Assembly (NCBI RefSeq): GCF_002113885.1 | Contig: NW_018406319.1 | Coordinates: 611,769-675,768 of the forward strand | Length of the DNA stretch: 64,000 bases | Direction of reading: 5' to 3' | Source: Mizuhopecten yessoensis | Taxonomy: Eukaryota | Shown here: in pieces, positions 24,390 through 35,797 of the stretch | Layout: each line of letters starts with the position of its first letter | How positions within the stretch are numbered: the first letter of the stretch is position 1 | Translations under genes and position numbers: made by a program | Notes under the pieces: model-generated | The model's database searches: none | Told to the model about the DNA's origin: nothing | What the model saw: the letters and a program-made list of their open reading frames with translations, nothing else

Positions 24390-25586
24390 TACATAACTTT
24401 TTTTCCCCAAAATTTAATTATCTTCATTTAAATGTCTGGAAAATGTCAAAATGAACAAAACGTTGTATCCGTTTCCTTTCTCACTTTAATATTGACCTAG
24501 TTATATGAATTCTTCTGACAGGTGATTTTTTACCAATTCTGCTCTCAAACTAACAACAAAGGGAGGTAATCTGAAAAATGAAAACTTGAATATGTTTGTA
24601 GTTTTCATGAATAAACTTTCTTTTTGTGTGAAATATGATGCTTTGAGATCATGTGCATGTGAAAAACAAAACAGTACAGTGATACTATGATGTTTCTGTC
24701 TTGTTTGATGACGGCTTAGTAACTGTGATGTCATCATAACTATGACGTCATCAATGGGCATCTATGACATCATCAAGGCTCACTGATATCAAAATGAACA
24801 CTAGGAAACCCATCACAACAACAAACTAGCAACAGACACACTTCCCGTAACCGATGAACAGCACCAAAATGTCAGATATTCTGAAAAATCAGACAAGTGC
24901 CACCTTAGCAACCGTTATTTCCTTTCCTCGCCTAGAATTGACAGTGACTCTCAGAAATTGTTCATTTAACATATTTCGCTAGAAAAAAAAAGATTTTCTG
25001 CAGCTGTAATTATGTAAATAAAATTTATTGACATTACTGACTTTGCTAATTTAATCTGTTTGCTGAATCAAGTGGTGAAAAAACATCTAAAATAGTGTAA
25101 ATAGAATGAAAACAGATATTTTACCCATTACCAATAAATACAACTTTATGTATTAGTAACCATGGATACCGGGTCCTGAACTGAGTGAAACAGACTGAAA
25201 TCTAGTCTGAATGTATTAGGGTATAGCCTGTGAAATTATTTGTTGTTTGGTATAAACTTTACCAATAACACAATTGACACATATGTGATGAATTGTGAAG
25301 TGCCAGTGAAAAGGGCGAGTTACCCCCCTTTATAAATACACAGGTAATAGGCTATTACCCTATATTTTGACCTATATTTGTAACCTTTTTAACGTTTTTA
25401 AGTAGTTTTAAGCAATAATGAATGAAAGTGAAGCTGAATCAAGCATAAAAAGGCATTTCTTTTCAGAAAAAAAATCAATTTCTATGTGTATGAGATAGCA
25501 GAATACAGTAGAAATGGCTCGATCCTAAAAACAAAGGGCATGTTACTGATATACATGGATTAGCGGATTTATCCTGCACAACACAC

Positions 25587-25605
<19 letters not shown>

Positions 25606-25618
<13 letters not shown>

Positions 25619-28017
25619 AAACACGAAGACTAGTATAATCGGCCAGCGCTTTCGCCCATCTTGGGGCTCTTCAGGCGATTTAAATTTATTTGTGACGTCA
25701 TAAATGGAGTACACATTCTTAAGACGTCCAAATTAATGACGTCATAAACAAAGTACACATAATGCGGACATCTAGAAATTGCGACGTCTTAAAAAAGATT
25801 ACATGAGTTAAAAACATCTGATAGTAAAAACGAATTTCAACGGACAACACTTAGTTCAACCGAACATATTAAACATACGGAATTTACAAATTACAGCATA
25901 TATTACATTTCTTGATTTACAATTCATATTCCATCTCATTTCAAATGTTTTGCCATTCTTAAAAACCAACGATTTTACACTCAACATATGTTCCACATCT
26001 CGGTTTCATACACTTTGTCACGCTGTAATTTATATTTATTTTCTCATCAAATTTTGACTTGCACAATATACGTTTCAGATTCTTTGGTTGTCTTTTGCAA
26101 TTAATTATTTTCTTCTTCTCCAAGACACGTTTCATTTTTTTGCTATTCTTTAAAATTTCTTCGTGAACTTTGGAAATTGGAAACATGTTAAAATTGTTAG
26201 GGTTGAATGTTGTAACAAACGGTATAATATCCTTTTGACTTGTATTGACACTATTTGGGTCGGTAACTGAAATCGGACCCTTCTCCTTAGCTCTTTGAAT
26301 ACCGTTAAATATAATTTCGTCTGGATAGCATTGTTTTCTAAGATTATCTACTAAATTATTCAATTGCTCCTCTAACTTATATTTATCACTGACTATGGTA
26401 ACTAATCTAGATGCCAAACAAAATGGTATGTTAACTTTTGTATGTTTGGCGTGACTGGAATGAAAGCAAAGATAGTTCTGGGAATCAGTTGGTTTGTAGA
26501 TATGTGACCGTTTGTTAATTCTACCAAAACATCTAGAATTCTACCGAAACATCTAGAAAAGGAAGTTTATCATCACTAATTTCCATAGTATACTGTATAT
26601 CCGAGTGTAAGGAATCTAACTCTGAATGAAAATCAGAGACATTCTTGTCCGGGGGACAGATGATAAAACCATCATATAAAAATCTCAAAAAACTGTTTTT
26701 CAAAAAATCGGAAAATTCTTTATCAGAACTTTTCTATTTTGTCATAAAGAATCTCTTCAAAATATCTTTACGCTAAAGTAGCATAAGTAGGGGCAACTTT
26801 AGTACACATTGCCGTACCCTTACATCGCTGAAAATGGTTATCATTGAAATAAAACGTGTTTCTTTCTAGAACAATTTTGAGAGCGCTTATTATAAATTCT
26901 TTTCTAAATCTTCCGTTTACATATTCCGGATATCTCTGTAACCAATATTTAACAGCCTGTATACCTAAATCATGTGATATGTTAGTATAAAGGCCAACTA
27001 CATCAAAAGAGACCAATTTGGAACTAATTGTCACTGTCTTAGGTAGACGAGGTAAAAAGTCAAAATCGTCCTTAATGAAACTTTTAACAGTTGGACATAG
27101 TGGTTTTAAGATTATATCCAGAAAATGACTCAGACGTTGCGTAACACTTTCGGGACCGCCAACAATAGGCCTAAATCTTAAATCATCCGGACAAAATATA
27201 GAAACGTATTCTGAATTCTGCTCCGTAAAAGCATTAGAAATTATTTTACTCTTATGTATCTTAGGTACATTATTGTAGTCCATAAAAATTACTCGTACGA
27301 AACGAAAAATTTGTGAGGTAATCAATCTCTTCCTCCATTAGACCTTCACTCCAACGATCTACGACATTCTTGATAAGTTTCATTGTATCAGAATCAATAT
27401 TTTCAGATGTGATTTGATAGAACTCCTCATCACACAGCATTTCTAAGATTGTATCACGATAGTACTCACTATCCATAACAACAACCATACCTCCTTTATC
27501 CGCCTCTTTAATTACAATAGACTTATCACCAATCAAACTTTCGTTTGTTTTACGTTGTTTGAAGGAAAAAAATATTTTTAACCTTGTTACGTGGCAAAGG
27601 ATGCATTTTCAGAGCTTCAATAGTGAATTCTAAGTACGAATCACTACTTTTTGGAGGATTCCATTTATATTTGTTTCTCACTAAACCTTCATTATCAGGA
27701 GAATCCTCTTTAACACAATTTTTTTCTTTTAAACGCAGTTTGCTGCAAAAATGTAACATACCTCTTTTAAGGTCTTCGTCATCATATTTTGGTGTGTTGG
27801 ACAAAATTTCAAACGTTTTTTCAATAACTCAATTTCATCCTCAGTTAAAATTTTACTTGATAAATTGATGACTTTAGGTTGAATTTTAACATGTGTACCA
27901 CTGTTTTGTTACGTATACACGAGTTTTTTGGTGAACCTGGTCCTTTGTACCGCCTTTGTTTATGTGTCCTCGCTGTCCCAAAAAACACTTTTTTTCCAAT
28001 AAGTGTTTCAGTGTTTC
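25606..28017 (-). mobile_element. Decayed Penelope-like retroelement (RT; GIY-YIG region largely deleted)
   Basis: Frameshifted ORFs with IVIKEADKGGMVVVMD, FRPIVGGPES, SFDVVGLYTNI, KGTAMCTKVAPTYA, LPFLDV, KPTDSQNYLCFHSSH, IPFVTTFNP, KCMKPRCGT; 3' end carries CTGAAGA..GAAA. Confidence 0.9.
25637..25680 (-). ncRNA. Minimal hammerhead-ribozyme-like motif in the Penelope terminal repeat (probably degenerate)
   Basis: aatcgc-CTGAAGA-GCCC-caagat-GGGC-GAA-AGCGCT-g-gccgatt: conserved core, perfect 4-bp stem II, palindromic stem III; the cleavage-site base is G (non-canonical). Confidence 0.55.
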
Positions 28018-28654
28018 ATATATATATATATTTATAGGCTACATTTTGAATACATATGTTTTCCAAGAATGATTTTATTTTCAAAAAGTGATTTCCCCAG
28101 ATTTGGGACCAAATTCGATTTATTTTTTAATGTGAAGACCATATAGTCCACTTCATCATGTATATGCCAATATTTAGTGCTGATTTGTTTTTTGAACTTT
28201 GATACATGTTATATTACAGGGGTTATTCATTGTACAAAAATATCACCCATGGCCACCGTACGCTACTGTACACTGCTACCTATGTAATATAAATGAAAGA
28301 AAAGTATATAAAAGTAGGTTTTTTGTGTGTGACTTGCATGGTATTTCTCTAATTGGCGTACATTACTGTTTATATTTATATACTGGAAGAGATATATTTT
28401 AGTTAGGGGTTATGGATTCATTTGTTTACTTATAAGCCTTTATAAGGGGATATGGAGAAGTCGAGGTGTAAATTATAATTAATGAGATATCGCATTACTC
28501 AGTGGTTCAAAATTAAGACCCAAAGAAAAAGGAATCCCATCAACTGCAGATAACGTAATCCAGTGCCTAGGGAAGTGACATTATTAGTACTCAGAAACAG
28601 GAAGTGAAGAGGTTGAGGAAGACGAATAAGTTAGAATAACAATGAAGTACATAG

Positions 28655-28932
28655 AAGGCAACAATGGAAGGTCTAAAGAGGCTCCGACATAGTGGGAGGT
28701 CTATATTACATCCGGCAACAGTAGAAGATCTATATATAATCTGATAACAGTGGAAGGTCTAAAGAAGCTCTGACACAGTGGGAGGTCTATATTACATCCG
28801 GCAACAGTAGAAGATCTATATATAATCTGATAACAGTGGAAGATCTAGAGAGGCTCTGATATAATGGGAGATTTAGATACAATGTAATATTCGACAAAAG
28901 TGGAAGGTTTAGATAGAGTCAGACAACAGTGG
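28655..28932. repeat. Degenerate tandem repeat (~86-bp higher-order unit)
   Basis: ggaaggtctaaaga..agtgggaggtctatattacatccggcaacagtagaagatc duplicated at 28666 and 28752. Confidence 0.75.
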
Positions 28933-29159
28933 AGGGCGAAGAGATTCACCTGGAGTACCTTTTTTTCCCTCCAGCAGTGACCTCTACAGCCACCGTTGTA
29001 CAATTTACATCATACAGGGGCCTTTCAATTAGTAATGTCAAAAGCGTCAGGAAGCACATGTATGATTTACATAGTTGGATTTTTCTATTACAATCCTTCG
29101 TAGTATCCCCCTAAGCAGAAATGCACTTTCGAAATCGCGCTAACCATGACTTGAACGCT

Positions 29160-29437
29160 GCGTGGTAGTCTATCCTTGGTATACTGTTAAAACACTGGCA
29201 GATTGTGTGGTAGTCTACCCTTGGTATACTGTGAAGACACTGGCAGACTGTGTGGAAGTCTCCCCTTGGTATACTGCGTGGTAGTCTACCCTTGGTATAC
29301 TGTGAAGACACTGGCAGATTGTGTGGTAGTCTCCCCTTGGTATACTATTAAGACACTGGCAGATTGTGTGGTAGTCTCCCCTTGGTATACTGCGTGGTAT
29401 CACCCCTTGGTATACTGTGAAGACACTGGCAGATTGC
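29160..29437. repeat. 45/26-bp tandem repeat
   Basis: gtggtagtctacccttggtatactgtgaagacactggcagattgt repeated. Confidence 0.88.
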
Positions 29438-29444
29438 ACTAACC

Positions 29445-30510
29445 AGAGCATTTTACGAGACATACCGTTTCCCAGAGAGCCTTTTCTTTAGTAAAGGAAA
29501 CAGGTCAAAATGGACTTAGATCTGGCGAATAGGGTTGGTGGTCAATCTGTATTTCCTTCTCTTGCTTCAAAAACGCCTGTTCAATATTTCTGTCGTGGGA
29601 TGAAGCATTGTCGTGAATTAACTGGATACCAACACTTTACTTGGAAGCTTTTGATGTAGAATCCTTTTACAACTTGGTCTTTTGTCTCTGGAAAACTTGT
29701 CAGTGGTAGTGTCTCCTTCATTGCACGGTATCTGAGTCTAATGCCCACTAGATTGGGCAAAATGGCATACAAAACGTTCTTGGCGCTTTTTAAACGTCTT
29801 GCAATCACTGACATTTCATGATTTCTCGATAACTATTGCTTGTTATCAATGCGCCTCTGGGGTTCAAAGTAATAGACCCTGGTCTCATCTATTGTAAGCA
29901 ACTCAGCTAGCTTTCTTGAGCCGCACTATCTGGGTGCTTTTTTTCAATACATATTTAGTGCATTTAAAACGTTTGACCTTTTGTTTAGATGTCAGCAAAT
30001 GGGTGATCAATCGGACAGAACGCTTATATATTTTCAAGCACTTGATCAGAATGTGATGTATACTGCCTTCTGAAATGCCAACCGTAAGAGCTATCACTGA
30101 AACATTATAACGACTATCATCCTTAACTATTGCTTTCACAGCAGCAATGTTACTGCAACAACTGGTCTGTCTGGCCGTGTGTTCAATGTGATATCAACTT
30201 TATCGTTCTTGAATTTGTTCATCCACCTGAAAACTGTTCTCAATGGGACGGCAGAGGTGCCTTCGTGCTGCACAGTTCTCCATGTATCTATTAAGCAGTA
30301 TCTGTAATATATAGGTATATGTATTCATATAGGAGCGTATTTCAGATTTAGTTTCAACCTGCCTTTTAGTATTGAAAAGTAGCTCCGAGCGCATACCATT
30401 CAACAATGAATAACGTGTTCAATTCTTGTCGGATTCTGTCAGAACTTTGCACGTTCATTGGTTTTTTAATGTATTTGAAGCCTGCCAACTATTTCGTTGT
30501 TCGACCCTCG
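29445..30510 (-). mobile_element. Decayed mariner (DD34D) transposase gene with one TIR
   Basis: Fragments IALTVGISEGSIHHIL (HTH), LLTIDETRVYYFEPQ, IHDNASSH, PYSPDLSP with stops and frameshifts; mariner-type end ...gttcgaccctcg near 30500. Confidence 0.88.
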
Positions 30511-30664
30511 CACCGGTGGTCAAGGAGTTCAAAGTGACCGGGGCTAGGCATATTTTATCCTTGTGAATTTTTAAGCAAAAAAAAGTCTATAACAAAGTAA
30601 TCAAGACTATGAAAGGCAGAAATTGTTCTGCAAGTCGGTCTGTATAGAAGGTAAATTGCGCTGG

Positions 30665-30838
30665 AAAGAGGCAGTCTATCCAGGAAGACAAGCCTAAGGG
30701 ACGTCACATTGCTGAGATGGGGAAAAGGCAGCCTATCTAGGAAGACAAGCCTAAGGGACGTCACATTGCTGAGATGGGGAAGAGGCAGTCTATCTAGGAA
30801 GAGGAGCCCAAGGGACGTCACATCGCTGAGATGGGGAA
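30665..30838. repeat. 57-bp tandem repeat x3
   Basis: ggcagtctat..gggacgtcacattgctgagatgggga at 30670, 30727, 30784. Confidence 0.9.
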
Positions 30839-32529
30839 GGAGGAGCAGTGTACAGGCATTACTCTATAGGGAAGAAAGAGCAAGGTAAAAAAAACCAGTC
30901 GGGCCGTAGAGATCGGATCTCTAGAATAATGGGCAATAGTAAAGCTATCAGAAAGGATATTATATTGAATAACCGTTCACAAATCTACGAACCACTGAGG
31001 ATACAATAGTAGATATTTTCGTTTTTTATGAATCTTTGGTGGTAAGGTTCGCATATCTGAGGTATCTCTTATAAATGATTGTTCATTGTCTGGGGAGTTT
31101 CTTATATGTAAAATAAAGAAATTGAAGAGCCTCTGAAACATGTTTGTATTTGGATACATTTTTGGCACACTGTAACTATTACTAGATTTTAAAGGTGAAA
31201 TCATCCGTGCGTGTGTCTTGTTCATCTTTCAAGATACAAGTTGTAGACTCTGCTGGTGGAGTTTTTGGTCCCCGCTGTTTGGTCAACGTGTTGGCCCCTA
31301 GCAACACCGGTGAGTCTTATAACGACCGACCAAGCAGCTGTGTGAGGCAGTGTAGTCCATTTTTGACTAACTGTGTCTATTACTGTGTCTGTCTATTACT
31401 GTGTCTATTACTGTGTCTGTCTATTACTGTGTCTATTACTGTGTCTATTACCAAATGTTAAAGGTACACTCACATGTGTGTGTATTACGTCCATCTTTGT
31501 AGATATAAATCGGGGGTCTGTGAATAACAACGTTCTTTAATTTATCTCGGACCAATTCCAACATGGAATGCCTAATAATACATCACCAAAGTAACAACGG
31601 CATCGAGAATGCAGAACAGTCATGAAGGAGGTTCGGGGTTTAAGAACACCTCACTTGGGAGATTCCATGACCTATAGAGGTAACGAGAGGAACTGGAAGT
31701 GGGTTGTGTGTGCTTTTTATCCCCGTATGAATCAAGCAACAATAATCGAGCAAATGATGATAAAGTTGAACGTGAGATTGTGACCTATTATGGATTTATG
31801 TAATATGTTTTGTCATTAAAATAACAAAAAGTTCAATCAGTAATACACAATATATGATACAATATTTGTAAATACTTGTAATGGACACTTAAATCCAGGT
31901 ACAAAGTTCAGAATGTTGATACATGTATATCCTGTGAAATGATGTACTCTTTAAGATCCGCCTTCACCAGTTGTCTCGGCTATACCGTAAGTTAACGCTC
32001 CCAATACAGACGGGTGCATTGTATGACAAAAGACAGGGAGCTCTGTCTAGGTAAATCATTACAATTCATTATCTGCTACCCAAGTCAACAGTTACTCGTT
32101 TCAATCATTTCATTGGTTGCCTTTCTCAATTATGTCTTTCTTTTGTAACAGATTGTACTGTTTCATTATGAGTTATAACCGTAATGGTCCATTCGAATCT
32201 TTACTTTCTGTGACTGGTTTCTATAAGAAAGTATTTGTAATCACATTGGGCGTAGAATTGGATAGTTTTGTCCGTCGCTAGTGCAAAGAATCCTTTTTGA
32301 GTCAAAGACAAAGACAAGACCTAGTTAGAATCTAAAATAGAAATATACACCAATAGACATACGTGTTGTGGTTGACTATGGACGAGCTCCTCTTTGACCT
32401 AACCAACTAGACAGACGTCATACCACACAACTCCTGTAGTATTACACCTAACAAGACAGACTGACGTACGCATACTCTACTTTTCTATATAGCATTACAA
32501 CTGCTTACATGAACGATGTCAAACAACGA

Positions 32530-33062
32530 TGACAGGTTACTTACCGGATGCTACTGACAGGTTACTTACCGGATGCTACTAACAGGTTACTTACCGGATG
32601 CTACTAACAGGTTACTTACCTGACGGGTTACTTACCGGATGCTACTAACAGGTTACTTACCGGATGCTACTTACAGGTTACTTACCGGATGTTACTGACA
32701 GGGTACTTACCTGACGGGTTACTTTCCGGATGTTACTGACAGGTTACTTACCTGACGGGTTACTTACCGGATGCTACTGACAGGTTACCTACCTGACAGG
32801 TAACTTACCGGATGTAACTGACAGGTTACTTACTGGATGTCACGGACAGGTTACTTACCGGATGTTACTGAAAGGTTACTTACCCGACAGGTTACTTACT
32901 GGATGTAACTGACAGGTAACTTACCTGACAGGTAACTTACCGGATGTAACTGACAGGTTACTTACCTGACAGGTAACTTACCGGATGATACTGACAGGTC
33001 ACTTACCGGATGTTACTGACAGGTCACTTACCGTATGTAACTGACAGGTTACTTACCGGATG
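32530..33062. repeat. 25/16-bp minisatellite built around ggttacttacc (GGTAAGTAACC on minus)
   Basis: gacaggttacttaccggatgctact and gacgggttacttacct units. Confidence 0.92.
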
Positions 33063-33413
33063 CTTCTGATATCTTACTGAATGTAACCTATTGGGATCTC
33101 TCTAAATGTTACTGGCTAGGCTATTACTGGAAGTTACTGACTGATATATGAGAATGAATAGTAATGTGAGGGGCAAAGCTATGATAATACTGAATGCTAT
33201 ATGATAAGAAAAACCAAACAACTAATAATTCCAGAATATTGCCGGCTACAAAACGGACGTTTTATAATAATACACAGCACAAAAAGAAGCGTGGCAAAGA
33301 TCAACCTTGAGACACAAAGGAGGAGGAGAGCTTATGAAAGATATCACAGTATCAGATACTGTCACTATAACCATTAACATTAATTGGGCAACCGACTATG
33401 ACGTCACGTCAAT

Positions 33414-34745
33414 TTAGCGCCTGTCCAGTACATTGATGTAGTTGGAGGTCCTGTACACGTTGACCTTTCCCTGTAATTTATCTCCAACCCAGAGAACTCC
33501 CGAAGGACCACATGCCACCAAAAAGGGACTATACAATGCCTCTCGGTCCTCTTCTAAAACCACGAATCCACGGAATAACCCATCGTGGTCGAGTACAAAT
33601 ATTGTGGACGTTGCTTCCTCCACAACTATGATATTTCCCTCTGCATCACAACATAGTCCAGCTGGTTTTAAACTGGACTGGGGCCAGTTGTCTCCCAGAA
33701 TCGACCGGAGTGTCACTTGATCATTGCTTCTTCCCTTGAAGTCTCCGATACGTAAGCCAGTATCAGTAAGTAACGAGACTAACCTGCGATCAACGTCTGT
33801 GAAACATATGCGATTTTTAAATGTGTTTATAGATACGCATGCAGGTTGAAAATTCATATATTCGTCTCCGATCCTTTTTATGATAGTTCCGTGGCTGGAG
33901 AATAGCAATAACTGTCCGTACTCGTTCCTGATGCTTGAGGAACCCGAAGTATTAACGCCTGCTACAACCAAGCGGTCATCATCCAGACATGCCATCTCGC
34001 TACCCCTGAAATCAATCAAGGTAGTGAACGTGGAATACGTATTTGTTACTGTACGGTAGGACAGTATCTCACTAATTTCAGTTGCTAACAGAAGCAAAGA
34101 CCCTTCTTGCCTATGAGTGATATCGTGTATGTTTACTCGAGGCATCACAATATACTGGTCTACGATTTGTCCACTCGGCAACATTTTATTGATAACATTG
34201 CTGCAGTCTGCTACTACCAGGCAATGCCCGCTAGGAGTTGAACAAAGACATGAAATACTTCGTGCCTCGTCTATAACGGTACTAGACAACAAGTCAAAGT
34301 GATAATGCGTCTTTGTGTGGTCGCGCGGAAACCTCAAATCTCGCGGTGTTGTCCACTGTTGTTCGTCTATTCTTCGATTTTCATCCGAACCTTCCCCGTC
34401 TTCCTCTAGATCGTCGACGAACGTGGTACCACCGGAGTCGGGAGCAGTCTCCTTGTCCTGACTTACCTCAGTGGTACTGCTCTGTTTGTAGTTCGTTACT
34501 CCGTGATCACCGACGAAATAGTTAGTATGAAAGCCTGGTATTCCTTTGGGTGTTAGATCGATCTTTGTCCGGCACAAAGGACATACCAATTGTCTTTTAT
34601 CTTGGTGCTTAGACGATTTTCTGTGTTTTTCTAGACACACTCTACAGAACGTGTGCCGACACGGCAGTAACTTAGGTTCATTGTACACATCTAAACAGAC
34701 GGGGCAGCAGTCGTCACTCCCGATCGCTAGTTTAGATACTGACAT
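33414..34745 (-). CDS. RING (C3HC4) + NHL-like beta-propeller E3 ubiquitin ligase, TRIM2/3-NHL family-like, no B-box; single coding exon, 443 aa
   Basis: CPVCLDVYNEPKLLPCRHTFCRVCL...LVCPLCR; C-terminal NHL-type blades PACVSIN..RICFTD, PAGLCCDAEGNIIVVE, PFLVACGPSGVLWVGD; probable 5' UTR intron 35300-34860 (gtaagt / tttcag). Confidence 0.88.
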   Translation of the reverse strand: MSVSKLAIGSDDCCPVCLDVYNEPKLLPCRHTFCRVCLEKHRKSSKHQDKRQLVCPLCRTKIDLTPKGIPGFHTNYFVGDHGVTNYKQSSTTEVSQDKETAPDSGGTTFVDDLEEDGEGSDENRRIDEQQWTTPRDLRFPRDHTKTHYHFDLLSSTVIDEARSISCLCSTPSGHCLVVADCSNVINKMLPSGQIVDQYIVMPRVNIHDITHRQEGSLLLLATEISEILSYRTVTNTYSTFTTLIDFRGSEMACLDDDRLVVAGVNTSGSSSIRNEYGQLLLFSSHGTIIKRIGDEYMNFQPACVSINTFKNRICFTDVDRRLVSLLTDTGLRIGDFKGRSNDQVTLRSILGDNWPQSSLKPAGLCCDAEGNIIVVEEATSTIFVLDHDGLFRGFVVLEEDREALYSPFLVACGPSGVLWVGDKLQGKVNVYRTSNYINVLDRR

Positions 34746-35797
34746 TTCTGTTTTCGTGCTGAGAATTTCGCTTATTCAAATCTTAATTTCAAATTGTCAA
34801 TAACATCATGAGTTGGATATAACAGTCGTTCTCCTCACAACCGCTTTCCTTATTTTAATCTGAAACAAAACGGACTTCATAAGTTATAACAATCTTAAAC
34901 AATAAAACAAAAAAACTCTTTTGAAAGTTCGAAGTATCACAACGTTATCAAACTACACACTACACAATGAAATCGTATTCTTTGTAATGTATTAACCATG
35001 TATTTTATATTGACATTCTGTACATGTGTATTTAGTGGAACAGAACTTTTCACAGTTGGCCATTCGTTATACAGTATGACATCATCTGTTAATACATGTA
35101 CGATATTTTTGCGTCCTCTTGACCAATATCTCAGGTACCCATTCATTTATCATCCACCCATATCCATTCTACCAGGTGCTGCTTCTCTGCCCCATCGGGT
35201 GGCACACTCTGAGCTCATGCAACTTTGGGGGAGGGGGGAAAGAGGGACAATATAAAGTTGACAGTGAAATGACGCCGCGTCATGTCATAAGCTGACTTAC
35301 TCTTCTCAGGTTCACTTGAGTTACAGTTATTAACGAAATGTTTTCCTTCGCAGTTTTAAAAAATCCAATTCGATCATGGACATGTGTACCTTTCCTCTGG
35401 TCATGTAATGGTTATGCCCGAAATAAGTTTGTCAGGTGTAGCGTATAACCGAAGGGTTCGAACCCATATTTTGTCTGTGCGCTTGGTGTTATTGTTTTTT
35501 CTTCACTTTTTTGATGATGTATGTTTATGCACTCGCACAATTTACTATTTATCGTATCGGAAGTTTATAAAAGCATATTTTAAAAACTGTTTTAGTTTTC
35601 GTTGGTTATTTATAAAGAAACCATGTAAAATATGATGTGAAAAATGTCTTCATTTCATTTCATTTCATCAAATTTTATTGACAAGATGTCGTAGTCAATT
35701 GGATTGAATAACAGGCAAAGCCTATATAAATTATCTCCGTCAAATGGCCAAAGTGGAATAAACAATGAGACATAATATTTTAGATATGTTGCAAATG

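Larger units (their letters stand above)
25492..28281. mobile_element. Second MITE copy, split by a Penelope insertion
   Basis: 25492-25605 and 28018-28281 are collinear with 23813-24389 once the insert is removed. Confidence 0.75.

Noticed and set aside
33442-34803. Plus-strand ORFs overlapping the RING-NHL gene, and minus or alternative-frame ORFs over both GPCRs
   Set aside because: Shadow ORFs of real coding sequence.
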